DNA of 64,000 nucleotides from Oikopleura dioica (Eukaryota > Animalia > Chordata), in assembly GCA_907165135.1 (NCBI GenBank), contig OU015566.1, positions 11,718,001 to 11,782,000 of the forward strand, read 5' to 3'. Positions 24,801-36,654 of the stretch are shown here, piece by piece. Positions within the stretch are counted from its first letter, which is position 1. Each line of letters begins with the position of its first letter. Made by a program: the position numbers and the translations under genes. A model generated the notes under the pieces. The model searched no databases, was not told the origin of the DNA, and saw only the letters and a program-made list of their open reading frames with translations.

Positions 24801-27800
24801 ATGTTTTGATCTGATACCTAGTCACATGTTTCAACACATGTTCTGCAATCATGTGACAAAAGGAAAAGTTCTGGCATCGCTGATAAGGCATTCACAGCGG
24901 AGTACCCAGTTGGAACAACGTATTCAAGAAAATCGTCAGTATCAAGGTGAAGCTGCGCATCAATTGACCTGATATCAAGTCACATGACTCAACAGGTGTT
25001 CTCAAATCATGTGACAAAAGGAACAGTTCCGGCATCTATGATAAAGCATTCACAGCGGGGTACCCAGCTGGGACAACGTATTCAAGAAAATTGTCAGTTT
25101 CAAGGGGAAGCTGCGCATAAATTGAGCTGATCTTCGGTCACATGACTTGACATGTGATCCGAAATTATATTATAATGGGAGAAATTATGGCTTTGATGAT
25201 AAGGCATTCTCAGCGGGGTACCCAGCTGTTACTACTTAATCAAGAAAATTATCGATAACAAAGTCAAGTCTTATGTGTCTTATGTGTCGTGCTCACATCC
25301 TTTTATATGAATAAATACATAGTGTGATATTTTTGAAAAGAGAGAAATAGTTCTTATTATTATTGGTTTATATATGCATGTATCGTGATTTTTTCTGCTG
25401 ATTCGACAAATTTTTTAATGATAAGTATTATGTCATCATTAAATTTTCCATTGTTTGATATTTTTATAGCCGTTTGTTTTATTATTATTCTGTTTGTACA
25501 GATAAGAAATCTTCTTTGTTCAGCATATTTCATATTTTGAATTTCGCGCACTTTTTTTTTTCTAAACAATAATTTTTTAATTTCCAAGTACGATCCACCA
25601 ACCATTCCAAATCGCTTGAATTTTTGACAGGAGGGTTATTTTGCCTGTATAAATGTATGGTCGAGGTTGCGAAATCGTAGAACACCTGTGAGCAGAGATA
25701 TTGATTATTTTCCGGAATTTCTAGCTCATAATTTGTTTGTTTGTTTATTTTTCTCATTTTTTTTCGATTTTTTAGATTCCCTTATACCGATTTACTATAC
25801 TAAAATTCAATTTTATTGTTATTCAAGATGGTCAAAATTATTTGATTGCGAACCCTAGTAGTTTTACGATGAAACAATTCGCCAAAAACACAGTATTCAG
25901 AGGTTGTTGACATGGGTGACTGTGCGAATCTAACGCAATTTCAAATCAACGAATATGAAGAAAGATGGGATTCAGGCGGTTGTCATGAAATGGTACAATA
26001 GCATCATAAATTTATCTGTTATTATATTATCAATTTTAGTACTTATGCAACAACTCTCAAATCGTCAGGGCATCAGTGATATTTTTCCTTTTGTTCATTT
26101 TACTGTGTAAATAAATGAGAGTCTGGTTACGAGACTGTCAATTTGACAGTGTCGAATATAAAAGCTCTAAAATCTCGTTGTTACGTTAATTCATTGTCAC
26201 TCTTTTACGACTCTTTAATCGACTCGCCTTAGAGTCTAAGACGGCTTAATTGAATAAAGAAAGAAAAACTTGCAGAGATATAACTTGAAAATGGTCTGTA
26301 CAAATCCAATGGCATGTCCCAAAATGTGCAAAATTTTGACAAAAGGTATTATATACGCAAATAATATATAGACTAAGAGCATAGTAAGTATAGTAAATGT
26401 GTTTTAGAGATCGAAGATCTTGGGGGATGTGGCGCATTGACGCCAGAGCAATCGAATACTTACGCAACTAAATGGAAAATTGGTGGTTGCAAGGAATTGG
26501 TATTTGAGATTGATAAATGCTTATTTTATGGTTTTTTAGAGCTTTTGTAGTGGTTCGGAAATCGTTGGTATTTCAGTTTTGTTGTGTCTTATTCTATTTT
26601 TTCTGTATAAATAAAAGTCATGAGCCCTTGTCAAAATGAGCGGATTATTCGTATATAAGACTTTTGAGTTCTCGCTGTACGGCCTGACTGTAATGACAAT
26701 CTCCGAGGTATAATTCGGCTGAAGAATAACATCCATCAAGCTCGCCGAGTTATTTTCCGCATTTTTTCTTACTCCCGCGTTGAACCATTTCAAAATTCGG
26801 TAGTCGTCGCTGATCCAGGACACTTTGCATTGAATCTCGAGCTCTTTGACATCCAGATCTTGGCGAGCACATTTGGCAAATTCGACGCCTCGGACTTTCA
26901 TGCAGCGATTGAGTACCATTAACGCTTCGTCTGGCATCACTTCGATAAGTTTTCGGAAAGGAGTTGTAAATGGCTTTGGCGAGATTTTCGACCGATTATT
27001 TTTCTTGATTCAAAAAGCAGAAAAAACTCGATCCTTTGATGGAATTGCCGTTCTGACCGCATTGCAAAGTACCGATTCCCAGTGATCTGTTTGAATAAGC
27101 AGCTGAACAATATCAGGCTGTTGACCATCAATTGCATAGTCTAGGCAATTTCTTCCGTTGTCGTCTCGCTGATTGATAGACTCGTACCATTTCAGGATAA
27201 ATTTGACCACTGGAACTTGACCTCCTCTACAAGCGTGCATCAAAAGAGTGACTTTGTGCGCATCAGGTTTCTGAATAATCTGCTTGAATTCCGTTTCTCC
27301 CGCGTGTTTCTCGATGTATTGGACGAACCGGAACCAGAAATCTACGGCTTCGTCTTTTCTGTCTTTGACTGTCACGTTTCTCAGGAGTGCGAAAAGAAGG
27401 GTTCTCCCATTTTCCTTCAGCGTAAATTTGAAATCAAGTTCTTTGAGTCGCCAATGATAGTTTTTCAGCACATCGGTCGCAAAGTACCACATGATTCGCC
27501 AAAGAACAGCCTCCATTTGTAACGATTTATCCTGCACTTGGACATGTTTGATGATGTCTTTGAAAAGTTCCAAGTCTGTGTTGCGCCCACGAGCGTGAAT
27601 GAAGAATTCTAGTGTGTTCATCATCGCAAATCGCTCATCCTTGATTTCAACTCTTCGGACAAGATTAGATTTCGCAAGCATGGTTCGGATGAGAGTCTTT
27701 ACTTTGAAACTATTTTTGAAGTGTTCTTCGATCGGCCCGATTTTATTCTCGAATCGGATCTGAAAAATGATCATTAGTAATGATTCAATACAGTCTGACA

Positions 27801-28283
27801 AACACATGATTTTTTACCTCATGACTGTTGATAAGATAAAGAATTGGGGTCCAACCATCTTGGTCTTGAACATCAAATCCAAATTTTTCTCCGAGAGCAA
27901 GAAGAACCTCATCCAGATTGAGATTAACGATGCAGAAATGAAATAAAGTCATCGCTTGACGATTTTGAGAAGGAAGAGACACCAAATGAAGCTGTTTTAT
28001 TGTTGGAATAACTTGAAAATAACTTGAATCCAAAATAAGATGGTACAAAATGCTAACCTTGTGTCATTGTTTGAATTTGAAGCCGCGTTACAACTCCGTT
28101 TTCAGTTCTCATTACTTCTTTCAGCATAAGCCAGAAAGCATACTCGTTCGGATACATTTTCTCCATCTCTTTTAGTGAAAGAACCGGCCGATAGCCAGGA
28201 CGTATTCCATCGTAGACATTTTGCCTCGGTCGATTTCCAACGGAATGCGCTCCGAGATAACCAGGAGCAGAAGACCCGCTCAT
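15879..28283 (-). CDS. TRPA-like ankyrin-repeat cation channel with a ~9.2-kb intron (approx. 17482-26661)
   Basis: Ankyrin repeats (TLLMHACRGGQ..GRNCLDYAIDGQQ) in 27010..27807. Linker TPFRKLIEVMPDEALMVLNRCM resembles TRPA1. MVKHQRTDLLVHP..TWKSGG pre-S1 and S1-S5 lie in 16669..17481, S6 (MPLVVVNLIAALA) in 16285..16530, then a C-terminal coil. Confidence 0.85.
18270..20405 (+). repeat. Tandem satellite array 1, ~157-158-bp monomer, ~13 copies, partly dimeric (315-bp period)
   Basis: The same small ORF recurs at 18898, 19371, 19686 and 20001 (spacings 473, 315, 315). Monomers carry GGTACCC(T/C)GCTGTGAATG and inverted GTCACATGA/TCATGTGAC. Confidence 0.95.
20424..20641 (-). pseudogene. MCM2: Captured MCM2 N-terminal (histone-binding domain) fragment; two exons, 41-bp intron
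   Basis: Spliced translation [59 protein letters not shown] matches the MCM2 motif [22 protein letters not shown]. Exons 20514-20641 and 20424-20472; GT-AG intron 20473-20513. No MCM ATPase exons follow. Confidence 0.85.
22020..25260 (-). repeat. Tandem satellite array 2: same ~158-bp family, inverted orientation, diverged subfamily, with a ~1.62-kb higher-order duplication
   Basis: The reverse complement aligns with array 1 monomers (GTCATGTGAC..GCGCAGCTTCAC..ATTTTCTTGAA..GGTACCCCGCTGTGAATG). A ~200-bp non-monomer insert occurs twice (~22320-22510 and ~23940-24130). Confidence 0.95.
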
Positions 28284-28599
28284 TTTTGGGCCTTTGAAAT
28301 CTCTCTGTTCACGATTTAGGGAATTTGCTTGAATAGAAGTGATGGGTGCAGTTTCAGTTTTATAGAGTGCAAATGTTGCGCGCGAACAAATACTTTGTTG
28401 TATCCTGTTATCAGTTGTCTTAATTAAAATGATGAGGATTTTCAATTAAATTTTTATTAATCGATGAGTTTTTCAACGATTCAAATTCAGGAGATGCGCG
28501 TTCCTCGACTGAATAATTCAATCAGATAAACAACACCAAACTCTTGAAGCTGAAATGATAGAAGGTCCCGCTAGTTGGAAAAAGAGATAAATAGACAAA

Positions 28600-31500
28600 A
28601 TGTTCAGATGGTTCAGAAAAAGTAAATCCACAGGTGATTTTCTACTAGTTGTCGTGATTTGATTGATATTATAGGGGACACAAGCTCAGAATACAGTACT
28701 TCGGCCTGCACAAGTTACTCGGCCGAACAATCTGAAGAGGAAAGTGATGAGGAAGAAGAAGACCTGGAAGAACAAGCTGAAGGTATCATAGAATCACATT
28801 CAAGTATCAATTATTTTTTTTGAGAGAGTGAAAGTGATGCTGATACAGTTGTTGAAGATGAATCAGGTGTCAGCTCTCTCGAGGAAGAAGATAGTGCCGA
28901 AGAATCTGAACTTGATTCTGTTGAAATTGTTTCAGAGAAACAGCCAGTTTATAGACAAAATACCGTTGTCAGAGCTCCTTTTTCGGCGATCCAGGTAAGA
29001 AAAAATGAGTAAAGTTTTCAACAATATAACTGCCCAGGAAGATGAAGAAGAGTCAGAAGAGGAAGAAGAAGATGAGGAGTCAACGATTCAAGACATTGAA
29101 GATCACAATCAGCTGATGCTTACTGAGGAGGAAGATTCGAGTGGTACGCGTTTGAATATTTACAAATTTTGAATTATTGATCAGAGGCTCTTGAATCCAG
29201 TGCTTTGGACGAGGAAGAAGAAATCGAAGAATCGGTTGAGATTTCGCAGAGCACAGAAGTACTTTCAGAGAGTCAGACAGAAGAAGAAAGTACAGAAATC
29301 ACAGAGGAAGAGAGCGAGGAAGAAGAGTCGGAAGAAGAAGAAGAGGAGAGAGAGGAAGAAGGAACTACAGTAGAAACAGTAGGGAATAATATGACCACGA
29401 CGGCAGATTTAACAGAAGATGATATCCTTTCGATCACAGAAGAAGATTCAGACATATCAGCGACTACGAAGTCCAAATCATCTAAAAAATCCAGGAAGTC
29501 CCTCAAACTCATCGAGAGAATATCCAGTAGCATGTCCTTGTCCTCAATTTCCTCCGCCGGAATGAGCAAATCTTCCTCACAAAAATCATTGAAGTCAAAA
29601 TTGAAACAAAAAGTATCCGATTCCTGCCAAATCGAGCCAACAAATCCCTCTTTAAAAAGTGAGCATGTTCATCTTCAGCGAGAAACACTATTTGGACTGC
29701 CCAGAGATCACACTGGAGATGCGCTTATTGATGCAGCTACTCAAGGAGCACAGGTATTTCGAATGCCGTATTCTTCAGAATTTTTATTGCTTTTAGCTTT
29801 CTAGCTGATATTAACATCTGAAGTTTAGACAACAACAAAAGTGTCCAACCGAATTCAACAGCTTCTTCAAACACTCTCCAAGCCAAGAAAAAAGCCTCTT
29901 ACTGAATTCTACACTGGTAGCGCAAACGCAACAGCACTTACCGGTGTTCCTCGCGCGACAGGTCAAGTTGGCCACATTCTTGTCGGAAAGCATCTTCCTC
30001 AGCCTGATGACGATTTTCTTGAGCTATTTCTACAGCATGTTTACGAGAGACCAAAAGAGCCAGCTTTTACTTCTTGGAATAGCAAAGGAAAACTCAAAAC
30101 TTGGACCTGGTCGAAGCTCCATGCGAAAGCACTTTCAGCAGCTCACGAGCTCACTGCACGAGTAGAACTCGAAGCAGGGGATACAGTAGCGTTGATGATC
30201 CCAAATGCATCTCCGTTTTTCTTCTTGGCATCATTCATGGGATGTTTACTCGCCGAAATCACCCCAATCTCGATTGAAATGCCCATTACGAATTCAAAAG
30301 AAGGAATGACTGCGCGTTTCGGCCATCTTCTCCGTTCGGCGAATATCACCGTCGTCATAACTACCCCATTTTACGCCAAGGCGTTAAGAAAACGCGATAA
30401 TATTTTGACAAATTGGCCTCATGTCGAATTTGAAAGCTTGCATCTGAAAAATGCGCCCGCGAAATTTGAGTTTACTCCGATCGATCAAAGAACTCAATCG
30501 TCTCGTTTTATGGAGTACAATGTTCAAGGTGGGCAGATTCATGCGATTGTTCGCCCTTCAAAAATGATTGTTCATACTGCCAAGCGGATACAAGATCGGC
30601 TTGGACTTGATTCCTTCGATGTTGTCAGCTGCTTGAGCGATTTCAAGCGACAATCCGGACTCATGTTCGCTGTGCTGACACCAGTGGTAGTGGGATGTCA
30701 CTGTCTGATTTTCCCGTTTACAGTTTGCAAACAGAAGCCTGAGCTTTGGATTGAAACTATTGGCGCAATCTCCGCGACAGTCATTATTGGAAGCTCCAAA
30801 GAATTCGGATGGGGCTCTATGGCCAGATTGAAGGATAAATACGCTACAAAGAAGTCGCCTCTTCCAGATCTAAGCAGTGTCAAATCAACAATCGTCACTG
30901 ATGGTGCTACACCACTCGCTATTACCTATGCCGTTCGAGTTGTATCGGAGATGAGCTCGATTGACCTGTCCCTGTCATCCATGAAGCCACTTGTTTGGTC
31001 CGATCTTGTTGGTGTCGTATGTCTACGAGACAGGGCAGATGATCTTGCTTCTGTCGCGCTGAATCGAGAGTTCTTGACTTTTGGCGTTGTTCGCGAATCA
31101 AAAGGCGATGGAGATCCAATTCATGCTTACTACAACGGTTCCATCGTTCCCGGACTGAGAATGGCTGTTGTTCCTGCCACAAACCATCCTTATGACATGG
31201 TCCAAAACGGCGACTCAAACAAAACCGAGACATTCAAGCCAGTTCGAATGGACGAGCTTGGCGAAATCATCATCAGCGGCTTCGGCCTTGATCATCAAAC
31301 TCTACACAATTTGAATATCGTCGGCGATCGAATTTTCAAATGCAGACTCGATGTTTCCGGAAATAAAAACTACACAAAAGAAGAAAAAACTGAAACTTGG
31401 TCGCGCTATTGGGTGAGAACTGGCATTCTCGGGGCGATGGTCAGATCTGAGGATATTTGCACCCTTGGTAGGATCAAAGATCGACTCGAGATTAGTGGAA

Positions 31501-33933
31501 GATTTCATAACTCGCTTGATATGAGCGTCTCGATTCTCCAAGCAGCGCCGTTTCCTCATGAAAGTCGAGTGATAGTTTTCGATATTCCGGTAATGAGTCG
31601 AAGACGAATTGCAGTTGTGGCTGAGCAGCCACCAGATGTCTGTGACGATGTCGTCTACGGTTGGATGAACGATGTCATGTCTGCAATCAACTCAAAGCAT
31701 CATGAATCTGTCTTTACCATCTGCACCATTCCTGCGGGCGTAATTCCTCGAAAACCAGCCGGCGGTGTTGATATCTTCGAAGTAAGACGGCGACTCTTAA
31801 CCGGAAATCTACATCCACTTCATATTCTCTGCTGCCCTCACGCTGCTATTCATAATCTTCCTCGAGCAAGAGAGAAGATTCTTGGAATGGGGCCGAATTC
31901 GATTATGCAAGGCTTTGTTGTAGCAGGATCGCAGCCAGCAGAAATCACTACTGATCCGATTCCCGAGGAAATTTTCATGTTCGAGAAGCCTATTCATCAG
32001 CTTCTTTTGGAAATCGCCGAGTTACCATCAGTAAAAGAAAACGTTATTATGCTCAACAATCCTCAAGACGTTGGAGGACAACCATCTCGACTGACATTTG
32101 CTCAACTTTCTCTCGAAGCGAGAAAATTCGCTGGGAGACTTTTGGCTGCTGGAATCAAGGCAGAAGATCGAGTGATAGTTTGTCTCAAGTCTACGATGTT
32201 TCCCATTGGCATGTATGCTTGCTTGCTTGTTGGCTGCGTTCCGATTCCGATAAGGCCGCCTTCTGAAAATTCAATTTCTACTGTAGCCCTTGTTTGCAGA
32301 GAATCAAAAGCGAAAATTGCCATCACCTCTACTTCTATGGTGCGTTTTCTAAGGAAGTCACTCCATATTCAAGTTTTTCCAATCGACGATGTCGACGAAA
32401 GCACCGAAAGCATCGCTCCCATCGAAACTTTCGCTCAATTTTTCAAGGGCCCTGAAAATCTGTGCTATGCAGATTATACTGTTTCCGCTTCTGGATACTT
32501 GTATGGAAGGCCAGTGACTTTTAAAGAAATTGCATTTCAATGCGCTCAATTGAAAGCGCAGCTGGATCTTCAGTCTTTAGCTACGGTTCTGTGTGTTTTA
32601 GAACCTTACAATGGATTGGGGCTAATTTTATCCGTGTTTCTGCCTGTTTATTGTGGAGTAGAGGTATCTCTACGAATTTGATGTCGTTTCATTTTTCCTA
32701 GGTTTTTCATATTCTACCATCTTGGTCAGAATGGCGAGTTGATGCTCTCATGGCACTGATGACAAAGCATGAATACATATTTCTACAATCTACTGTCGCA
32801 GAAAGTATCATCGAGAGCAATAGTTGCCAGGATGCAAGAAAAGCATTCGACATGCGTGCTGTGCAGCAGCTATCGATTGTCCACCAGTCGAAGGCAGATT
32901 TTGGGCTGATAGATGGAGTAAGAGAGACACTGTCGCGATATGATCTCAGGAATGGTTTAATCAAAATCATAGATGAGAATTAAATTTGCAGATCTTTTAA
33001 ACCATCTTTGAGCGGAATAAAAGTAGCTCCGATTCATGTTTCCAACTTGACGCCAATTCTAGCACTGCCAATGCCAACGGTAGAATTTAAAATCTTCATG
33101 CGAAACTGAAGTTTTTTAGAAACCACAATTGACTATTCGCTATTTGGATAAGAAAGAACTCCGCAATGATAGAATTCAATTTACCGCAAAGGGTGCTCCA
33201 TTTTCGACGGCGATTTTATGTGCTGGTCCTGTTGCTCCTGAAAGTAAAGCTATCATTGTGAATATATCAACTGGTGGCCAAGCAGGAATGAATCAAATCG
33301 GCGAGCTTTGGGTCAGTAAACGATCTATTCTCATTTTTTAATATTTTCTCAAGATCTCCAAAAACAATCGCACAAGAAATTACGAAACAGTGGTTGGGGC
33401 CGGGGCCAATTTTATAGCTGAAAATGAAAGTCTTCATGCAACGGTTAAAACTGGCTGTTCAAAAACGCTTTTCATCCGGACCGGCCTGCTTGGTTTCATC
33501 ATGTCCCCTCAAGGACCCGATTTACCTCCAGAACTCTTCATAACTGGTAGAATTGCTGATCAAATTGTCATAAGAGGGATGAGTTTCGCGCCAGAAGATA
33601 TCGAAAACTGCGTCAAAAGAGCGCATAGAGCCATAAGTTCTTGCGCAGCATTTTCTATTGCTGGTTTATTGGCTGTTGCAATCGAGCTTCCAGGGCCAGA
33701 AGGGATAGCTCTTGATTTGGTAAGAAGGCGAAAGATGCAAGAATAATTTATTTCAGTCCCTGCTTGTTACAATGCGACTACTCAATGAGCTCGAGATTCC
33801 GCTTGGAATTTTTGTCGTTTTGGATCCAGGAACTATCCCTACAGACTCAGCAGGGGGAAAACAAAGAAAACTACTTTGCGATCTTTTTGTCGAGAATGCT
33901 CTCGACCCTATATTTGTTGCTTACAATATGTGA
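28600..33933 (+). CDS. DIP2: Disco-interacting protein 2 homolog (tandem adenylate-forming domains) with long acidic N-terminus
   Basis: VSNRIQQLLQTLSKPRKKPLTEFY resembles the DIP2 motif VSAKIQQL..LKRPKRPPL. Long exon 29841..32681. C-terminus LDPIFVAYNM-stop resembles LDPIYVAYNM. Confidence 0.92.
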
Positions 33934-34100
33934 TTAATAAAATTCATTCATTTTTTTGCATTAGTATACAGAATCGGTTTTTATTTACCGTTTATTTTAG
34001 TATATGAAATCATTCGATATGCAGTATCGATTATTTATCGGATTATAAAGCTGTTTATTGAGAAAAAGAACAGAAAATAAAGAATGTTAACTAATCACAT

Positions 34101-34782
34101 TCAATAAGGCTGCGTAATGACTGGAGACTGAGTGGGAACGATGATGGTGGTGGGGTGAGTTTGTCGCTCGTGCTGAACCATGGCGCAGACGGTGCAGCAG
34201 ATTACTGCGAGAAGATCCCTAAAAATACTTAGGCAATATAAATTTCTTCTTTCTTACATCAAAGTATCTCTTTGTAGTCCATATTTGCTTTGAATTTCTT
34301 TTCGTTGTTCGTAGACGAGCGAAACCGCGATCTTAAAACAGTTGTAGCAAAGTAACTTACCAGAATCACAGTTAACAACAAAATTTACTAACGTATCCTC
34401 CAATGCATGTTACACATTGAATATAGTAGGCGAGATGCGGAACTGACGAGCAAAGAAGCTCTGGAAGCCACGACGACCAAATTCCATTCCAGGTTCCTAA
34501 GATTTCGCCCAAGCAGAATAACGCGGTACGTGAGCCAGCTTTGGACCTGTCGAGTGAAGTTTGAGTCGAATGAAAAGTCAAGCAGGGGACGAAAATGGTC
34601 TTGATACAGAGTCCAAGATCACAATAAAAAAGCGGCGATGAAAATTGAGTGCTCTGGATAATTGTCGGCTTTTCGATGTTCAGATTTTATAGCTTTCCAT
34701 ATTTTTAAAGCTTCAAGAAACATTCCTGGGAAGGTGCCATCCCACTTGGCTGAGAAATTACAGGTTCAGTGGTTTCACTCAT
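34101..34782 (-). CDS. PLAC8/cornifelin-family Cys-rich membrane protein, paralog A
   Basis: MSETTEPVISQPS..; YEQRKEIQSKYGL; DLLAVICCTVCAMVQHER. Confidence 0.75.
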
Positions 34783-34800
34783 CGCATAAATTTTCAAAAT

Positions 34801-34885
34801 ATATTATAATTATTATATATATATTATTATATATATATATATTATATATATATATATTAATAATATATATATTATAATATAATTA
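34801..34885. repeat. (TA)n-rich low-complexity tract
   Basis: Nearly pure A/T alternating sequence between the PLAC8 paralogs. Confidence 0.9.
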
Positions 34886-35087
34886 TCACAATTCCAAGAA
34901 AAAATCAAATCAGCAAATGGTATTCTAGAGACTTTTTCATTTAAATTTCGATTTCCCGCACAAATTAAGTAAAGCGTAGCTTGATAGTTTTTTTTTGATA
35001 ATTGTAAACAAATAAAGAATTTATTATTAAAATAAAGATAACATACAATAATATTTTTTCGAGCTCTTTCGGTGAGTTCTCCAAGAT

Positions 35088-35796
35088 TCAGTTCATTTGT
35101 GGAGAGGCTTGGTCAATCTGTTGTAAAGGAATCGGCTGAGTGACTACAGCCGACTGATTTGGAACAATGATGAATCGAGGATGAGTCTGAAGTTCGTGCT
35201 GGACCATAACGCAGATTTGACAGAACCAGATGGCAAGAAAATCGCTGGAAACCATCAAGTTGAACGTTTCTAATTGATGACAAAACTTACATCAAAGAAT
35301 CGCTGCGAATCCCATATTTATTTTGTATTTGCTTTCGTTGTTGGTAGATCAAGACTTTTTCGATCTTAAAAATGTTTGAATGCAACGTTGAATGCAATGG
35401 TACTAACAAGCATATCAACTGTTCCTACACATTGCAGAATCGGTGCAAAAATGATAGATTTTGTGATGATTGTGCCAGCAAAAATCGCAATCATACTGAT
35501 TTCTGCACAGGAGTAGAATGCTGTCAATGGCCTCGCTTTTGACTCGTCCAAAACTTCTTGGGTTGAGTAAAAAGTCAGGAATGAGCAAAAATATGTTTTG
35601 ATGCAAAGTCCAACATCGCAGTGGAAAAGTGAGTGACTGAAATCAGGCCTTTGGATCAATATCGGCTTTTGGCTCTCAAAAGGTGCAAATTTTTAATTTT
35701 CAAACTTCGAAAAGTAAAAATTAAGAACTGACCCTGGGTAATTACAGGTGCCATCGCACTAGGCTCTGACACAATGGGCTCGTTGTGTTCACTCAT
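35088..35796 (-). CDS. PLAC8/cornifelin-family protein, paralog B (tandem duplicate)
   Basis: MSEHNEPIVSEPS..; HCDVGLCIKTYFC; YQQRKQIQNKYGI; DFLAIWFCQICVMVQHEL. Same exon layout as paralog A. Confidence 0.75.
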
Positions 35797-35891
35797 CTCC
35801 GAAGCTCAGAAAATTCAACTAATGGCAAGTCGAAAATGCCTTCTCTAAACCAAAATTCACGGATGATTCTAGAGATAGGCTAAAGAAGATT

Positions 35892-36160
35892 TTTTTGCGA
35901 AATTAGCATTGAGAGCGAAGCTTGCCTGGCAGCAGCATTTCGAGTACGGCTGATTCCATGTAAAAGCGCGATCCATGTAAAAACTAAAGCATGTAAAAAT
36001 CGATTCCATGTAAAAACATTCTTTTACATGGATTGCATCTTTACATGGTTTCAACCGGACAAAAAAAGCTGAATTCATGTAAAAGTAATTTTTCTGAAAA
36101 AATAAATGAAACCATGTAAAATTTGTGAAAAAGATGGAATTCATGTAAATTTATTTTTTT
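35892..36160. repeat. 51-bp segment (inverted copy at 47342-47392) followed by a CATGTAAAA-motif cluster with orientation switches
   Basis: About nine CATGTAAA/TTTACATG motifs. The first 51 bp are the exact reverse complement of 47342-47392. Confidence 0.8.
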
Positions 36161-36654
36161 CAGCGGATCATCTGACTCAACCCTCAAGTTATTCGAAGTT
36201 TCGACAAGAAAGGTATGTTTCTTATGTCTTTTCTGTAACTTTTACTTCTTATTTAGTTATAAGAAGATCTTCCTGGTCCTTCAGAAGCCTCAAAGAAATT
36301 CGACTGGTTAGAAATCAAGCTACGCAATTATTAAGACAAATTCTCTTTCGTTTTTTCTGTATCTATGATCAAAATCCTTTGCTTTGTTCTTAATAAAATG
36401 TAAAAATTAACAAAAGACAATTCTTAAATTGAAGCGGAGAGTGTGGGTTACGATCCCACTAGACCGCTTTAACAAAGCTAAAGAAGTCTAATCCAAGACG
36501 CTCTCGAGTCATAACGCTTCTTCATAAAAGAAGTTGAATCAATTGTTAATTAGATTTGCAGGGAATTTTAAACAACTTTGATCATTGACCCAAAAAAACT
36601 AGAAATCATCTCTGAAATTATGGCTTCTTTTGAAAAAGAATCAGACTAGTACCT

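Larger units (their letters stand above)
17804..25857. mobile_element. hAT-like foldback element, 8,054 bp, no transposase found
   Basis: Perfect 23-bp TIRs TAGGGTTCGCAATCAAATAATTT (17804-17826 / 25835-25857). 8-bp direct repeat GTAGTTTT at 17796-17803 and 25858-25865. TAGGG termini plus an 8-bp TSD are typical of hAT. Confidence 0.85.

Noticed and set aside
18270-25260. CRISPR-like array
   Set aside because: There are no unique spacers between repeats: whole ~158-bp monomers repeat, and the context is eukaryotic.
29273-29569. Minus-strand Ser/Leu-rich ORF, and similar antisense ORFs at 14241..14456, 43210..43548 and 59005..59397
   Set aside because: Shadow frames of real genes or pseudogenes on the opposite strand.
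29841-32681. Long intronless adenylate-forming ORF as a horizontally acquired NRPS or bacterial contamination
   Set aside because: It carries DIP2-specific N- and C-terminal motifs and is joined to small-intron exons on both sides.
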